DNA of 58,333 bases, the filler included, from Diploschistes diacapsis (Eukaryota): assembly GCA_023645945.1 (NCBI GenBank). It is 8 parts of 8 records of this genome, joined end to end, with 100 filler letters (N's around TTAATTAATTAA, not from the genome) between each part and the next. Parts side by side here need not be neighbours in the genome. Positions count along the whole stretch, not along the records: positions 22,023 to 29,213 come from JALAIB010001303.1; positions 29,314 to 36,501 come from JALAIB010001304.1; positions 36,602 to 43,782 come from JALAIB010001305.1; 5 more parts are not named here. One strand, written 5' to 3'. The translations under genes were made by a program, and so were the position numbers. This document shows positions 26,239 through 39,056 of the stretch, one piece after another. The notes under the pieces were generated by a model. The model did no database searches, had not been told where the DNA came from, and saw nothing but the letters and a program-made list of their open reading frames with translations. Every line of letters begins with the position of its first letter. The first letter of the stretch is position 1.

Positions 26239-27601
26239 TCACGTGACGCCCGTGCGCGTGTCTCCATTCTCCACCTTTCGACCCAGGGCCTCCATGCGCG
26301 CGGCCACCGCAGCGTCCAGATCAATCATGAACAGCCCGTCAAAGTCCACACATCGACACCTTGTCCTCCTCCACAGCATCGCTCTCCTTGGCGTCCGGCT
26401 TGGCGGGAAGTTGGCGCAGATCCAGCTGGCGGTTGAGATGGAGGACGCGGTCGATGCGCGTCTGGCGGGACGACTGCCACGCCGACAGTGCGCGCTGCAG
26501 CTGCTGGCTCGTGGTCCGCGCCGTGCCCGAAGACGCCGGGAGCCCGTGGAGTCGCCCCAGGACGAGCGCGACGGTATGAATATCCTCGAACGCCTGACTG
26601 ACGCCCTAACCTGTGGAAGGGGGCAGAGCGTGCGCGCTGTCGCCCAAAAACACGACGAGGGCCGTTGCCGTCAGCGACCTAAGCTGAGGTCCAGCACTCC
26701 AGACGCAGGATCTGGTAGAAGAACCAGATGCTAAGATGGGCGGGAAGGATGTCGCTGACGGCGTTACGGACTGAAAATGGATCATGCTCGGCGTTTTAGC
26801 GGAAGAGGGCCCGCAGCGCTGCTTTATCGGCGTCTGAATCCGCCCAGTGCCCGCAGGGGGGGTATGTGCCGCTGAACTGTGATCATAATCTCGTCGCCGT
26901 GAAAGGTCTGCAGGGTGATAGCGAAAGTTCCCATATATAAAACCACAATGACTGCGGGAATAGATGGGCGTTAGACTCGGCGGCGATGTCGGCGAAATTG
27001 CCGACAGGGAATTCGAGCTGTGCCGTGGATATTACTGCGATGATAACGGCCATGGATACGAAATTGGGCACGAGATCCAGCGCCACGTATTCTCGGAGTG
27101 TAAAATGAATGCCGCCGGCTCTGACCAACAGCGAAACGGTAACTTTGCTGCCATTTGTGAATTCGCAAGCCACGTCCTCCTCCGTCTTGGACACCACTTT
27201 AACGAACTGATAGTTGAAATAGGTTGGGGTCCACTTTTCCTGTACCTTAGCTAGGAGCTCGTGTAACAGAATAGAACGATATCTCGAAGCGCCCGAGTTC
27301 CATACGGCTCCAGATTTCCGTATTCGAAACTCGAGATGATCTTGCCGCTTCCTGCGTCCTAAAGATAGATGCGATCGAAGTTAAAACCTTTCTTGCAGAT
27401 GGCTTCGTAGATACCCAATCGATGTAGCACTTTCAAGCCGTTGGGCGTTGGCATCAGTGCACCTCCAATGTTCAATGACGAGTCACAGGCTTCATAGATG
27501 GTACTGTCGATGGATTGTTGATACAGCGCCAGGGCCAGGACCAGGGCCAGACTGGAAAAGCCTGCCCCGACAATAACGACATGGCAATTGGAACCGTCCA
27601 T
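26239..27601 (-). pseudogene. FAD-dependent monooxygenase (salicylate hydroxylase/kynurenine monooxygenase-like) pseudogene
   Basis: N-terminal VVIVGAGFSSL with a premature TAG at 27359-27361. Degenerate DG motif LLVRAGGIHF near 27110. C-terminal LGDSAHALP..G*GVSQAFEDI near 26575-26650. Multiple frameshifts. Confidence 0.85.
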
Positions 27602-28041
27602 AGCTATTGTGAATAAAATGGATCAAAGGTAGGGCATCCAGTTCATCAGCTCGGTAGACAGAGTATGCAGTCGAGGCCTCGTTAAGTCAACTGGACCAGT
27701 CACCACATCATTGGTCTGAAAGCGCGTTAGAATTGACGTGCGTAGTATGCGGGTGAAAGCCATAGAGCATACGCTGAGGTAGTATCACTTGAGGGAATTA
27801 ATCAGGCAGTCGAAGGTCGAGTACCTAGCTAGTCAAAGTCGTCTGGTTTTGGAGGTCAAAATCCCGTCAACATAGCAGATCCGCACCATATCTTCTACTG
27901 CTCCACGGCAGATTTCGACCACTTCACATACTCGAAGTTGGACGCTTCTCTAATGAAAAGACAGTAGTATCAAACCAAGTCATGTTGAGGTATCCTCAGG
28001 CCTCAAGCACACCTTGGAGACTTTCACTAAGCCTACACATG

Positions 28042-28761
28042 TCAAAAGACCTCTTCTACAGATACAAGCGCTAGTCGTTCCCGGATGTGTTTAGAGATTT
28101 CTTGCCAGTCGCACATTCCTCCTTGTCCGACGTCCCCGCAAGCCAGTGCCTTCACCTGTGGTGGCAAAACCTCAAACCAGTCCCATTCTTTATCCAGTAT
28201 TGCTACCTGGCGAGCGGTCAGAGGATGGGACCACATCATCTCGTTCATGGACGGGGCCGCAATGATTGTCGGCCCGCTCAGTTTCCCTTTTCGGGTATCC
28301 CATGCACGAACAACACTCGTTAAGAGATCGTCGCAAAGACCTCCCGTCACTTTAGCTAATAGATTCGCAGACATCGGAGCGATGACGAGCAAATGTGCCC
28401 ATCTTCGTAACGTAATATGGAGTATCTCGGCACCTCTTGTCCAAGGTTCAGCCCACTCATCTTCGTCGGTGTGAACGGAGTCGACGTTGCGAAGATGGTT
28501 TAATGATTCGATCGTTGGCTGTTCCTCAGATTGGCCGGCAAGGAAATGGGTAGCGGATTTGGTGAGGATAATGCGGATCGAGACATCAGGAAGGTGCTCC
28601 AGGGAGGAAACGATAAGAGGCAATTTGATCGTCGCAACGGAACCGCTGGCCGCCACGAGCAGATGCTTTTTACCATCGTGCAGTGAAGCCGCAACTGCCG
28701 CGGCTGGCGATTGGTAGCCGTCCCGTATATGAGATCCTAAACTGGTAGTCGTGCTTCCCAT
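28042..28761 (-). CDS. Phosphopantothenoylcysteine decarboxylase (HFCD flavoprotein, Cab3/Hal3 family), 239 aa
   Basis: LVAASGSVATIK, LHITLRRWA, IAPMSANLLAK..G.CDDLLT, APSMN..MW.HP and LACGDVGQGGM. Both the catalytic His and Cys are present. Confidence 0.93.
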   Translation of the reverse strand: MGSTTTSLGSHIRDGYQSPAAAVAASLHDGKKHLLVAASGSVATIKLPLIVSSLEHLPDVSIRIILTKSATHFLAGQSEEQPTIESLNHLRNVDSVHTDEDEWAEPWTRGAEILHITLRRWAHLLVIAPMSANLLAKVTGGLCDDLLTSVVRAWDTRKGKLSGPTIIAAPSMNEMMWSHPLTARQVAILDKEWDWFEVLPPQVKALACGDVGQGGMCDWQEISKHIRERLALVSVEEVF

Positions 28762-29313
28762 GATGGATAGCTTTTAAGTGAAAGCGTCTTCCGTGCTCTC
28801 TGATTTCTACTGGTGAGGTATAAATGCCGTTCCCAGCGCCAAGCAATTGCTTATATTATCAAGACTTCTATTTTATCATGTGTCCGTCTTAGGTTGTTAT
28901 TTATCTGATTCGGATGTTTACCGCACTGTCTAGGCTTCGGGGGCCAAGAGGAAGCGCCGGGAGGAAGCGCCTCGGTCTTTGCACTCGTAGGTAGACAGAC
29001 TAGACAAAACATCCTGTAGTCCCTGTCCATGTAAAAATTGGGGTATCTTGTATCTCGTATCTATCCCTTCTCAGCTCATCTCATCGATGCGTCATCCATG
29101 CAGCTGCCAATGCCCCAACAAGCCCCTCTTTCCCTCCCTCCTCTATAAAGCCTTCCCACTAAAAATCTTCTCCTCCGCAATCGGGTGGCCCCCCACCATC
29201 CCCATCCCAATACNNNNNNNNNNNNNNNNNNNNNNNNNNNNNNNNNNNNNNNNNNNNTTAATTAATTAANNNNNNNNNNNNNNNNNNNNNNNNNNNNNNN
29301 NNNNNNNNNNNNN

Positions 29314-32300
29314 GAAATAACCTAATAATAATAAAAAATTAAGTAAATTTAGTTAAACCTAAACCTAAATCTTCCTAAAAACTGAATTAACTCGAATATA
29401 GGATATTACCGGGCTCGGTAACTTGTTCGTTAATTATGAAATAATTTTATATTATTACGATATCGTTATCGCTATTTATCTTAATGTTATAATCGCCGTT
29501 CATTATCGTATAAGATAATATAATCGCCGTTGTCGCGTATGGGATAGTTTGGTGGTTACTGGTCGCTGGTTGTTACGGTGGTTCGTTGGCGCTGTTTATT
29601 ACGGTATTATGATCTCTACCGGTTGCTATTGCGTAAACCGCGGCGTGGTTGCCGTTACTGTGCTAATTTTGGGCCAAAAATTCAAGTTTTAACCGTCCAA
29701 TATTGTGTTTTTCTTACTATGATTACGAATTATATCATATAGATTGATATTTAAAGCCTCGTAGATTTACTATTCATAATTCACCATAGTTTTCAAATGG
29801 ATTGAAGAAGATAGAATAAATAATTATATAATAGAATTTAGCTGAACCTATGTTTCCTATAGTTCAGTCAAGGTTTGTTATATTTTGAAGTATTAAGGTT
29901 CGGCTCGAGAATAAAGATTCGATCTCCGTCGTCTTTATTATGTTCGTCGTTGTCTTAAGCTTCTATAACGGTTATAAAAGTTCAGTATCAAAGTTCAACT
30001 GAACCTTTTTATAATCGAAAATTCAGCCTAAATCGGAATTAAGAGATAAAAAGCTTTTAAGATAGAATTTCATTAACTCCGCTATATCTATTTATTAAAA
30101 GAAGTTCAGCTAAACTACGACATTAAACTTTTTATACGTACAAGTTCAACCGAATATTTATACTAAACTATTTCTCAAAAAACGTTAAATCAAACAGACA
30201 TATGGATTATTATGTTATTAAATACAATCTCTTTTACCCGCTTTCCTTTATCCTGATCGCGCAATCGCCGAATGCGATTCAAAAACGCCTAAAACCTAGC
30301 TAAACTGAATTCCTGATTAAACATAATATTATTTATTATCTTGACCCGCGATACAGCAACATAAAAAAGACCAATTACAAAATCTAGTAAAAATAAATCT
30401 AAAACCACTCGTTCTAATATCAAGTCCTAAAATTTATATACCGTAATAATAAATACTAATATCATAAATAACATCGTACGTTCATAATGCGTACCATTAT
30501 CCTTTTTCTAACTCCTTATAAAAGGCTTTATAGGAACGACACGCCTCCCCTGACTATCCTTGAACAGTTCAGGTCCTTCGTAGGTATACTACATAACCAC
30601 AAGTAAATAAGCAAACAAATCCTAAACAGGATCATCGCCAGGACGCCACACAATATCATACAAATGTCCAATAATACCATTAACTAAACCCCACTCCGTA
30701 GCAAGATTCGCGGTAAATATAACCTAAGCACCTTTTATTAAAAGGATCTTTTAATATAGGCCCTCAACTTCGTCTTCATTAATATTTACAGTAGCTGGTA
30801 TATTATAGCGAACCTTCATACGTACCATAAGACGTCGTAGGCGTTTTAACTGATCGATATTATATTCGTAAACATATCTTTTACATAAAAGTAAATATAG
30901 AACTAAATTAAACCCCTAAACTTCTTCCGGCGGTAATCTTATCTTAATTTTAACGTTAAGGAATTCGAAAATAAAATCCGAAATACCATCCACTCCGAAT
31001 ACTCGCAGTTCAGATAAGACTTCTTTAAACTTCCGGCTACGATCATCATCGCCCTCCTACCGTATAATCTAATCAAATACCACGATCTTGTTAAAAAGCG
31101 CATATAATTATTAACCACTTACGACCTCAGGCAAAACATCCGTAATAAGATCGATATCGAAAAGAACCTTTCCACCGACAAAAAGCAACTAATAAAAGTC
31201 CTTAAACAAGATAACGTTTAATCCACCAAAAAGTAACTATAATTCAGACATTATAACACGTAACCTAATATCAATCCAAAATAATTGTTTCAATAAAACC
31301 ATCGACTTTTCATCGATAATAAGATACGCGCGTTAACCCCATTCTTGCTACAATCTCGTCTTAACATTGAGATTCAGCTAAATCAACTTATATGGACCTA
31401 TGGATAAACGTAAGGCGCTATACAACGTTCTACTTTTAATATTAAAAGCAACAACGCCTATAAAAGCGGCACGTAGGACAGGATCGGATCTACCACGACG
31501 GCGTACCTGTTGTAACAAATACGCAGAAATAACAGCGATAAAATACGATTTATTCGTACCAATAATTCCATCCAAATACATCAATAACTATTTAAATACA
31601 TCGCCGTTTAAAACTCGATCGTAATGTTCAATAATAATATCGAAAGCTAATTGCTAAAAAGATTAAAGAAATTCAAACTGAACCTAAACCTAAACCTCGG
31701 ATAGAACCCGCTTTAATACTTCATCAAAATCAACGATCCCTAAATATTTATAATAATAATAATCACTTTTATACTAATTATACACCACATCTTTAAACCG
31801 GGTATCCAAGTTCGTAACTATATCGTCGAAATCGTTATCGTTACGTCCCGTACGATTAACAAAATCGACAAAATCCGATTAAATTTCTAGATCAAATTAG
31901 ACATCCGTTTCTTCGAAATCATCTTCAACCCTTTCATCGTCGTTATCAAATAGGTCCAACGGATCTCTCGAATGACGATAATACGCAACACACTAACGAT
32001 ACGCGTACTCGTAACTCGGAAGTTCAGTTTCAAATTTAATTATTATCAATTCTTTAAGATTTTATTAGAAAGGATGATAAAACATAAACTTAAATCGGCA
32101 AAAGTTTTTATAATTATCGTTAGCAGGATCCGAGCTATATAACGAAAATATATTAACGATACGTTTAGTTAAACGTATAATTCGTGAAATTTCCCTATTT
32201 CGTTAAATAAACGATCGAGCGAAATCCTATAAACTAAGTTGAACAAGATTCTCGTTTTTACGATAACGTAGAATATAGCGTTTAATATATTTCTCCACCA

Positions 32301-35300
32301 AAGAAGATCCTTTCTTTTCTATTAAACCTTTCTGAACTTCTACACTAAAAATAGTAAGTTCAGGAGACCTCATGTTCAGATTAATAAACTAACGTGAACA
32401 CTGTATCAACTTCAGATCTAAAAGAATGTAAGAAACCTCTTATACCGACCAATCTTTTTCGGCGAGTAGACCATTCAGTAGCTTCGATGCAGCTGAAAGT
32501 AAAAAATTCAGTTAATTTAGCCGGCCTCCGTTAATAACGTCTTTCAAAAGTTTAGAATAAGCTTTGAACTTCTTTTCAACTTTGCTTACATATTTAGCGA
32601 TATATTTAATAACGGCGTAAATATTTATACAAAGAGATGTATCCATATTCGCCCTTCAACCTAAATTAAACGCCGGAATATAATTATTTATTAAACAATC
32701 ATTACGCCGAGACATAAAAGAATAATAAAGAAGATTAAGGCTTTTATCTATCGTAACAGTATCTCGATGCTGTCTAAAGAAATAGAAACGGTAAATGATG
32801 CGATCAGTACCCTTAATACGACGAAGATAATAAATTTCTTCGCACCTATTATAACGCTAGAAGCAGTTTAAATAATCCGTAAGATCAATAGCGGTATTTC
32901 TTTGCTAATAAAACGGAAGGGAGGAAAAATACGCGCCGAAATGACGATAGTTCAGTTCAGGATTCAGGGCCACGATATATACATTTCAGAAGTAAATTAA
33001 TATATCCCGTAATCGCTACGTAACCGTTAAAGCCTTTAGACCGTCAGCGATCTAAATAAAACCATAGATATAACCGTTACCGCGCTGTTACCATTCGAAC
33101 CTAAATCAATGGTCAAAGATCGGAAACTTTCCCCTTATAACAGTATCGAAAAACAGTTGAAAACGTTTAAAAAACCATTCAGCAGCAATATAAAGATTAT
33201 TAAATAACGTTTCGTTTTTTACTCTATAACGTTCTCGTTCCGGAACATTAATAACTAAAAATTCAACTAAATCCAGCATGAATCTATATAAATCCGGCCA
33301 TTACACGTCCGTAGTATTGAAAATAAAAAACAACGAAGGCGATCCGATATTATAGACCATATTCTGTAATTTTCTACGTTTTTTAACCTAGAAAGGACGT
33401 CCGTTTAATATATCAGCAACGCATCGAGTAATCATATTCGACAATCTATTCGTATTACCTTTCTCGACAAGTTCCTAAAGGTATTCTATATTTATAATAC
33501 CGCCATTCGGACGTACAATCTTCGTCGTAACATACGCAGCTTATTTTCGAGTAATTCGGCGATAATACATATTAAAAGCCATAAATCGGAAACGAATATA
33601 TCTCCCGAATCTACCGTCTTTATATTTTAAAAAATGCTCGGCCTAAACTCGAATATCTTTTATTAATATAGGCCTTGTACGACCGCGCGGGAGGTTCAAG
33701 TCAGCTAAACCGAAGGAAAAAAGGGTTAAAAATGTCATCGTATAAAGATTATGGGCAACATTTCATTCGTTAATAGGAATATTCATAATCTTAGGTATCG
33801 AAAGTGTAACAAGCTCGTCCACATTCGATTACGATAGGGTTGATATACGCGGATTCACTGGCGATTCAGGTTCAAAATCGTTCAAAAGAATCCGAAGGGT
33901 TTCCTACTCCGAAATCGTATTATCATCGATATCGAAATCTAATACCAAAACATCCACATCACGCGGCAATTCCTTATCGTCTTCGTCGGTGTCCCTAGGT
34001 TCAGGTTCAGGTTCAGGTTCAGATTCAGGTTCAGGTTCCGGTTCAAATTCAAGTTGAAGTCCAGATTCAGGTACTGCTCGCGTAAACTAACGTTGAGATA
34101 AAATACAGTCATGTATAGAACCATATTCAGGTAACGAACCTAAAGCATCCTATTCAATTTCGTCGTCCAAATAATCAGGATAATTACGTTTCAAGAAATC
34201 AAACCACGTTGCAATAACCTTTCGACGAACGGTAAGATTACGAACATAGGTCCTAATAACTGCTTCCTCTTCTTCAGTAGTACGTGTGGGAGGCTTAAGT
34301 AATAAAAGGTTCAGGTTTTCAGATAGGACAGGTAATCTCCTAAAAACCTTACCATTATTTTGCATAAAATGGCAAGTATGACCTACATACTTATACTATA
34401 CACCTCTAATACGGATAATCGACATATAAATATAATATCTAACAATAAGCATTTCTTCAACTTCAGTCAGTCTAAGTAAATATGAAGGAAATTCACCTGG
34501 ATCCATAAAGTTTAATTCAGAAAACTTATTAATCCCAGATCTGATCCTATTACAGCGTTTATAAACGCCGTTCTTACCCACATTTATATCGAATTATTAT
34601 TCCTGACATACGTTGTAAGTCTGAAATTAAACCGCATCTATCTAGCGATTAAATTCTTCAATAAGAAATTAGTCTTCGTCGTTAACGACCTTTATTTATC
34701 GAATATCATCATTGGCGAATATATCATCCCCGAATTCATCCGCAATAGTCGAGAGAAAGTATCTTATATCAGGTTCAGCTCGAGGTTCAAGTTCAGGTTC
34801 AGGTTCAGGTTCAGGTTCAGGTTCAGGTTCAGGTTCAGGTTCAGATTCAGGTTCAGGTTCAAGTGAACATCGAGGCGGAATAAGATTCATTCGTGTTAAT
34901 AACGGTACGCGTTACGAGGACGACGGAGTCGGCTACGAAAGAATTTCACCCTTTTATTTTTATCGCAAACGCCTTTTCTAAACTCGAGATTTAGTATCAT
35001 TATAACGCCTAAACTGGTTTTAAAAACTAATTATATTTTAAAAACGATAATATTCTAACGCGTATATTATTAAACGTATTACCGTTATTATTAAAAACTC
35101 GCCGATTTAAAAATTAATATTAAATTTATTTAAAAGCCGTCGTTTTCGACGTTTTGATTTAGATTCAATCGTTATGACGAGATCGTTAATTATAATGGCT
35201 ATATAACGTTAACGAATTATTATTTAAACGATATCACATACTTATATAATAATATAAAAAGAATACGTTATTTCGAGATAATTAATATAAGTTTTCATAA

Positions 35301-35620
35301 ATCGATTATTGGCGAATATTTTAAATTAATTAAAAGATTTAAGTACTTTATAATAATCATAACGATAAATACCGGAAGATATATTAAAGATATTAAATAA
35401 AAAGGACTATTGGCGAGAACGAGAAACACGAGAACGAGAAACATAAACATAACGGGAAGTTTAGTTCAGTTCAGTTCAATTCAGTCCAGTTTAATTACAA
35501 TTTAGTTCGGCCAGTCAAACCTCTAACAAGATACTTTCGGAATTAATTTCTTATCTACGGTTTTTTCTGCGCCCATAAACACACTAATCTGCAATTTTAG
35601 TCCTGCGCTTCGCTTAGGAA
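29314..35620 (-). mobile_element. Helitron-type rolling-circle transposon (Rep + PIF1 helicase, ORF remnant about 35200 to 30200), inactivated by RIP-like mutation
   Basis: Minus-strand remnants in RepHel order: NFMDPGEFP..L..LTEVEEMLI (DUF6570-like, about 34450-34520), Rep motif FEW*QRGNGYIYG (33061-33099), YIAKYVSK (32581-32604), Walker A LDGIIGTNKSY and AFNIKSRTLYSALRL (31400-31580), Walker B LIIDEKSM (about 31300-31323), YVAVSRVK (30340-30363). Very AT/TpA-rich with many stops. Confidence 0.9.
34789..34861. repeat. (GGTTCA)n hexamer array inside the Helitron ORF, encoding (EP)n on the minus strand; a second degenerate array lies at 33998-34070
   Basis: Seen directly. ORF 34696-34890 reads EPEPESEPEPEPEPEPEPEPELEP. 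Confidence 0.9.
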
Positions 35621-35699
35621 TCAACGAGATATAGTAGGTAGGATTAAGGGGCTGTCTTCATGTTTCTATGAACGGAAAACGCCGGCAGTCGGTAATATA

Positions 35700-36501
35700 A
35701 TATGCCGACAAAAACTAGTTTCTGCTTCCCATCCGTACTGTGAGCATTTGTCGGAGGCCAAAAGTATCCTTTTTAACCAAGTTCAATTCATCATGCCTTT
35801 GACGTCGCAGACGCAGTCGTTTAACAGGAAATCAATCACATTCTTTAATAAATGTGATGATGTTAGATTAATGGGGCCTACATATTTCGGCTGGACGCTA
35901 GCACACGCGTTAACCTCGTGGAAGGTAATTCCTTTAAACGGTTTGGCGTGCCTATTCGAGTTTAGTCTCGACGTCGCTGTTTCAAGAACCTGTTCCCGAG
36001 ATAGCAGAAATCTGTTATTTATTAAAACCGTTATTTTAGCGGATTATTTAACATCTGTATTTAGTTTCGTTTTTAATACTATTCGCAACGTTTTTATTTT
36101 TTAACGTCTTTTTATATATTTCGACGAAAGACTAAATCTACTTTCGTGTAATCGTCGACGAAACCTTTTAATTATATTTATTATATTACCCTCGTTTTTT
36201 AATTTCTAATACCTCGAACCCGTTCTTTTATTTTATTATTTCTCTTTTTTTTATTCTTTATTTTTTTTTATTTTTAAGTATTTTATAATTCGATTTTTGT
36301 TTCTTTACGTTTCCTGTTTTAGACCGATTTACGCTCGTTTCCGATTTTTTCGAAAATACCCGTTTTTTTAATTTAAAACCTGTATATAAGTTTATTAACG
36401 GATTCGGACAGCAAAGGCGATCTCAAATTTCGGTCGGATGTATTAGACGAAAATAGACGAAAAATATTTTAAAAAATTAGATTTATCGATAACGATATTA
36501 T
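35700..36501. repeat. AT-rich RIP-mutated segment of unknown family, running into the contig end
   Basis: TpA-rich, CpG-retaining composition like the Helitron, but no recognisable motif. Confidence 0.4.
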
Positions 36502-36966
36502 NNNNNNNNNNNNNNNNNNNNNNNNNNNNNNNNNNNNNNNNNNNNTTAATTAATTAANNNNNNNNNNNNNNNNNNNNNNNNNNNNNNNNNNNNNNNNNNN
36601 NGTCGGGGTGGGGGTGGTTTTACTACTAAATGAGAAGGATAAGGATGTTATGGATGTATGTGGGTGCGTATAAAAGGCTGTTGGGCGTGATATACAGCAG
36701 TACAAGTACGGCAATAGTACAAAGTGGATGAGTGAAGTGGGATGAAGTAATTTATTATTAATAGTATTAATAGTAACTTACCTATTGATATTATTTATAT
36801 TATTTATATATATTGGCACACACAACCAAAGGCCGAAGTCCGAGTCCCTGACGAAGAACTTTTCGCCACTCCTCCTCTTACCTGAAATCCCCCCTCTACG
36901 CAGCAGCCGCGTCACCACGGACACGCACAATAGCTCCCTCAGCACAGTCCACAGCTCCCAGTAGCA

Positions 36967-37006
36967 ACGGCGTTACGGCGTTACGGCGTTACGGCGTTAC
37001 GACGAT
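36967..37006. repeat. (ACGGCGTT)4-5 octamer tandem repeat; an (AGGTAA)n run follows at about 37110-37146
   Basis: Seen directly. Confidence 0.85.
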
Positions 37007-39056
37007 ACAACGCCGCTGGCTCATTACGAAGCATCTTCCACCACTTAGTCTCACCAGAGGAGACAGAAAAGAGAGGTACAACATCACGTGCCCTTACTTA
37101 ACGCCTCAGAGGTAGAGGTAAAGGTAAAGGTAAAGGTAAAAGGTAGATACAGGTAGATTATTTGAGGCGGGGTAGCCGTTTGTTTGTCTCGTATAGTACC
37201 CACCCCTCTCTCCCTTACCCTCACTCCCTATCATATCGTCGGGGAATGGCCCGTTTTACCCCTTGGCAAAAAAGCTTATCTTTTAGCTGAACCAACCTTG
37301 AACCATACGGATGCTGCAAGTCCTGGCTTCAAGTTCCTGCAGGCTTCCACTCTCACTTGCGACGTCTCGTGGTGTGGCGCCTGTGCATTAGCCCAGGCCT
37401 ACGGTGCTATGATCGTATATCTGACTCGCACACACGCTTTCTTGACCTCTCTCCACGAAGCTTTCATCTGAGCGCTGGTGAGTTGTTGAGCACGGCACAA
37501 AGAACGCATGCGAGTCAGTTGATGTATGGTAGCGCTACCGAAAGCGATTCTGCTCTGAGTCTGATAGACTCCGTATCCGGTCACTGGATGTTGCACACGA
37601 GAGAATCGTTTACACCGCACGGGCCGCCATGCTTTGACGCATGACCTCAGTATCGCAAGGTGGTTGCTGTTTGATAAAAAGCCCAGCAATCCGCCACACT
37701 TCGCAGCCCGTCAACTGAATGTCGAGAGTGCCGTCGAGTCACTAAGAGTCTGTTGTTCATGGAACAGCACGGAAACTTTCCTGGCTTAGGTTGGAGCACT
37801 CCATAGAGTGATAGGTGAGATGTTCAATACTCAAAGTATACTGCCTACTTTGGACGTGGTTGACTTTCCCAGAAGAACTCCGATCCCAGAAGATTAATGA
37901 CCTCTGGAATCTCCTAGTGCATTGAAGGCACCAGAGGAAGCGTGAAAGTGAAGCAGAGCTCGAAGCTCAAGCTCAACTTTTCACCCACATTCTTTGAGTG
38001 TATTTCCTTGCGCAGCAGCACCTTTATGCCACCGCAATAAGGAATCTATAAATTCCACACAACCTTCCAAGAGCCTTTAACATCGGATTTGTTTCCGTTA
38101 GAATCAGCGCTGACGGCGAACACAGACGATCCCATCCTCTCTTCTTCTCTATCTCAATCATACGCTGTCTCATTCTCTCACATAAGGAAGACTGATCCGG
38201 CTCTCCCCAATTTCCTTTATTTTATTTTCCTACCTATATCGGGTCTCTTTTCGTCGTCCTCGCCTTACTTCTTCCTCTGAAACGATGTTACATACATCTC
38301 CGCAAGGGTCCCGGACGGCTGTGTGCCAGATATGTTTGAATCCCGTCCGCATGGCAATCTCGGCTATCGTCTGTCTGCCGAATTACTCTGGAGGCATTTT
38401 TCCTTTTTCACTTGGGGGGGGGGGTTTGCGAGTTATATGGTGTTCACCCGCTTTGTATACCGTATCATCATCGTAAGTCTTGCTGCGGTCCTTGGTTTTC
38501 CGGAACACCCGTTGCCCTCTCGTCATCTTGGTAATATTAACCGTTCGTAAGGACTTGGTTTATCGCCTCGGATTCGTCTTCGGTTTATGTAGGCAACTCG
38601 TTGTTGAAAAAAGCCAGGGTGTCATCGAGCCTTGGATTATTTTTATTAGCCTTGCATGGCTTTGCAAGGATACATGGTTGAAGAGCGACGGGCACTTCAC
38701 TTCAAAGAGATCAGGACATTACGTCTCGATGCTGCCTGAGCTGCGGATCGTTGTATGTTCAGGGGATTAGGGAGGAGCACTTCAAAATAAGAAATGAAAT
38801 CATTTAAATTGGTGGATTTAGTTTCCAAAGCAAGCAATTGATTAATACATCCGTCCATCTATGGGATGCCCCATGTAATTTCGGTTAGGGCAGTAAAGCT
38901 AGCAAGCAAACAATCGGGAGAAGCCTTTCCAAGCCACGCGATGTACTCGAAGCACTTAAAAAAAAAACTTTCTCAGAGAACCAGCCGAAGCCACAACGCC
39001 TTCATGCTCCCACAACCACCCCGGTTGGCCAGAAACCAGGCCGGATTGAAGCGGCT

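Noticed and set aside
36848..36890. Hammerhead ribozyme core (CTGACGA...GAAA)
   Set aside because: No stem II closes directly before GAAA, and stems I and III cannot be formed.
38437..38607. Possible spliced micro-ORF (ATG..GTAAGT..TAG)
   Set aside because: The product would be about 16 aa with no recognisable similarity, and the branch site is poor.
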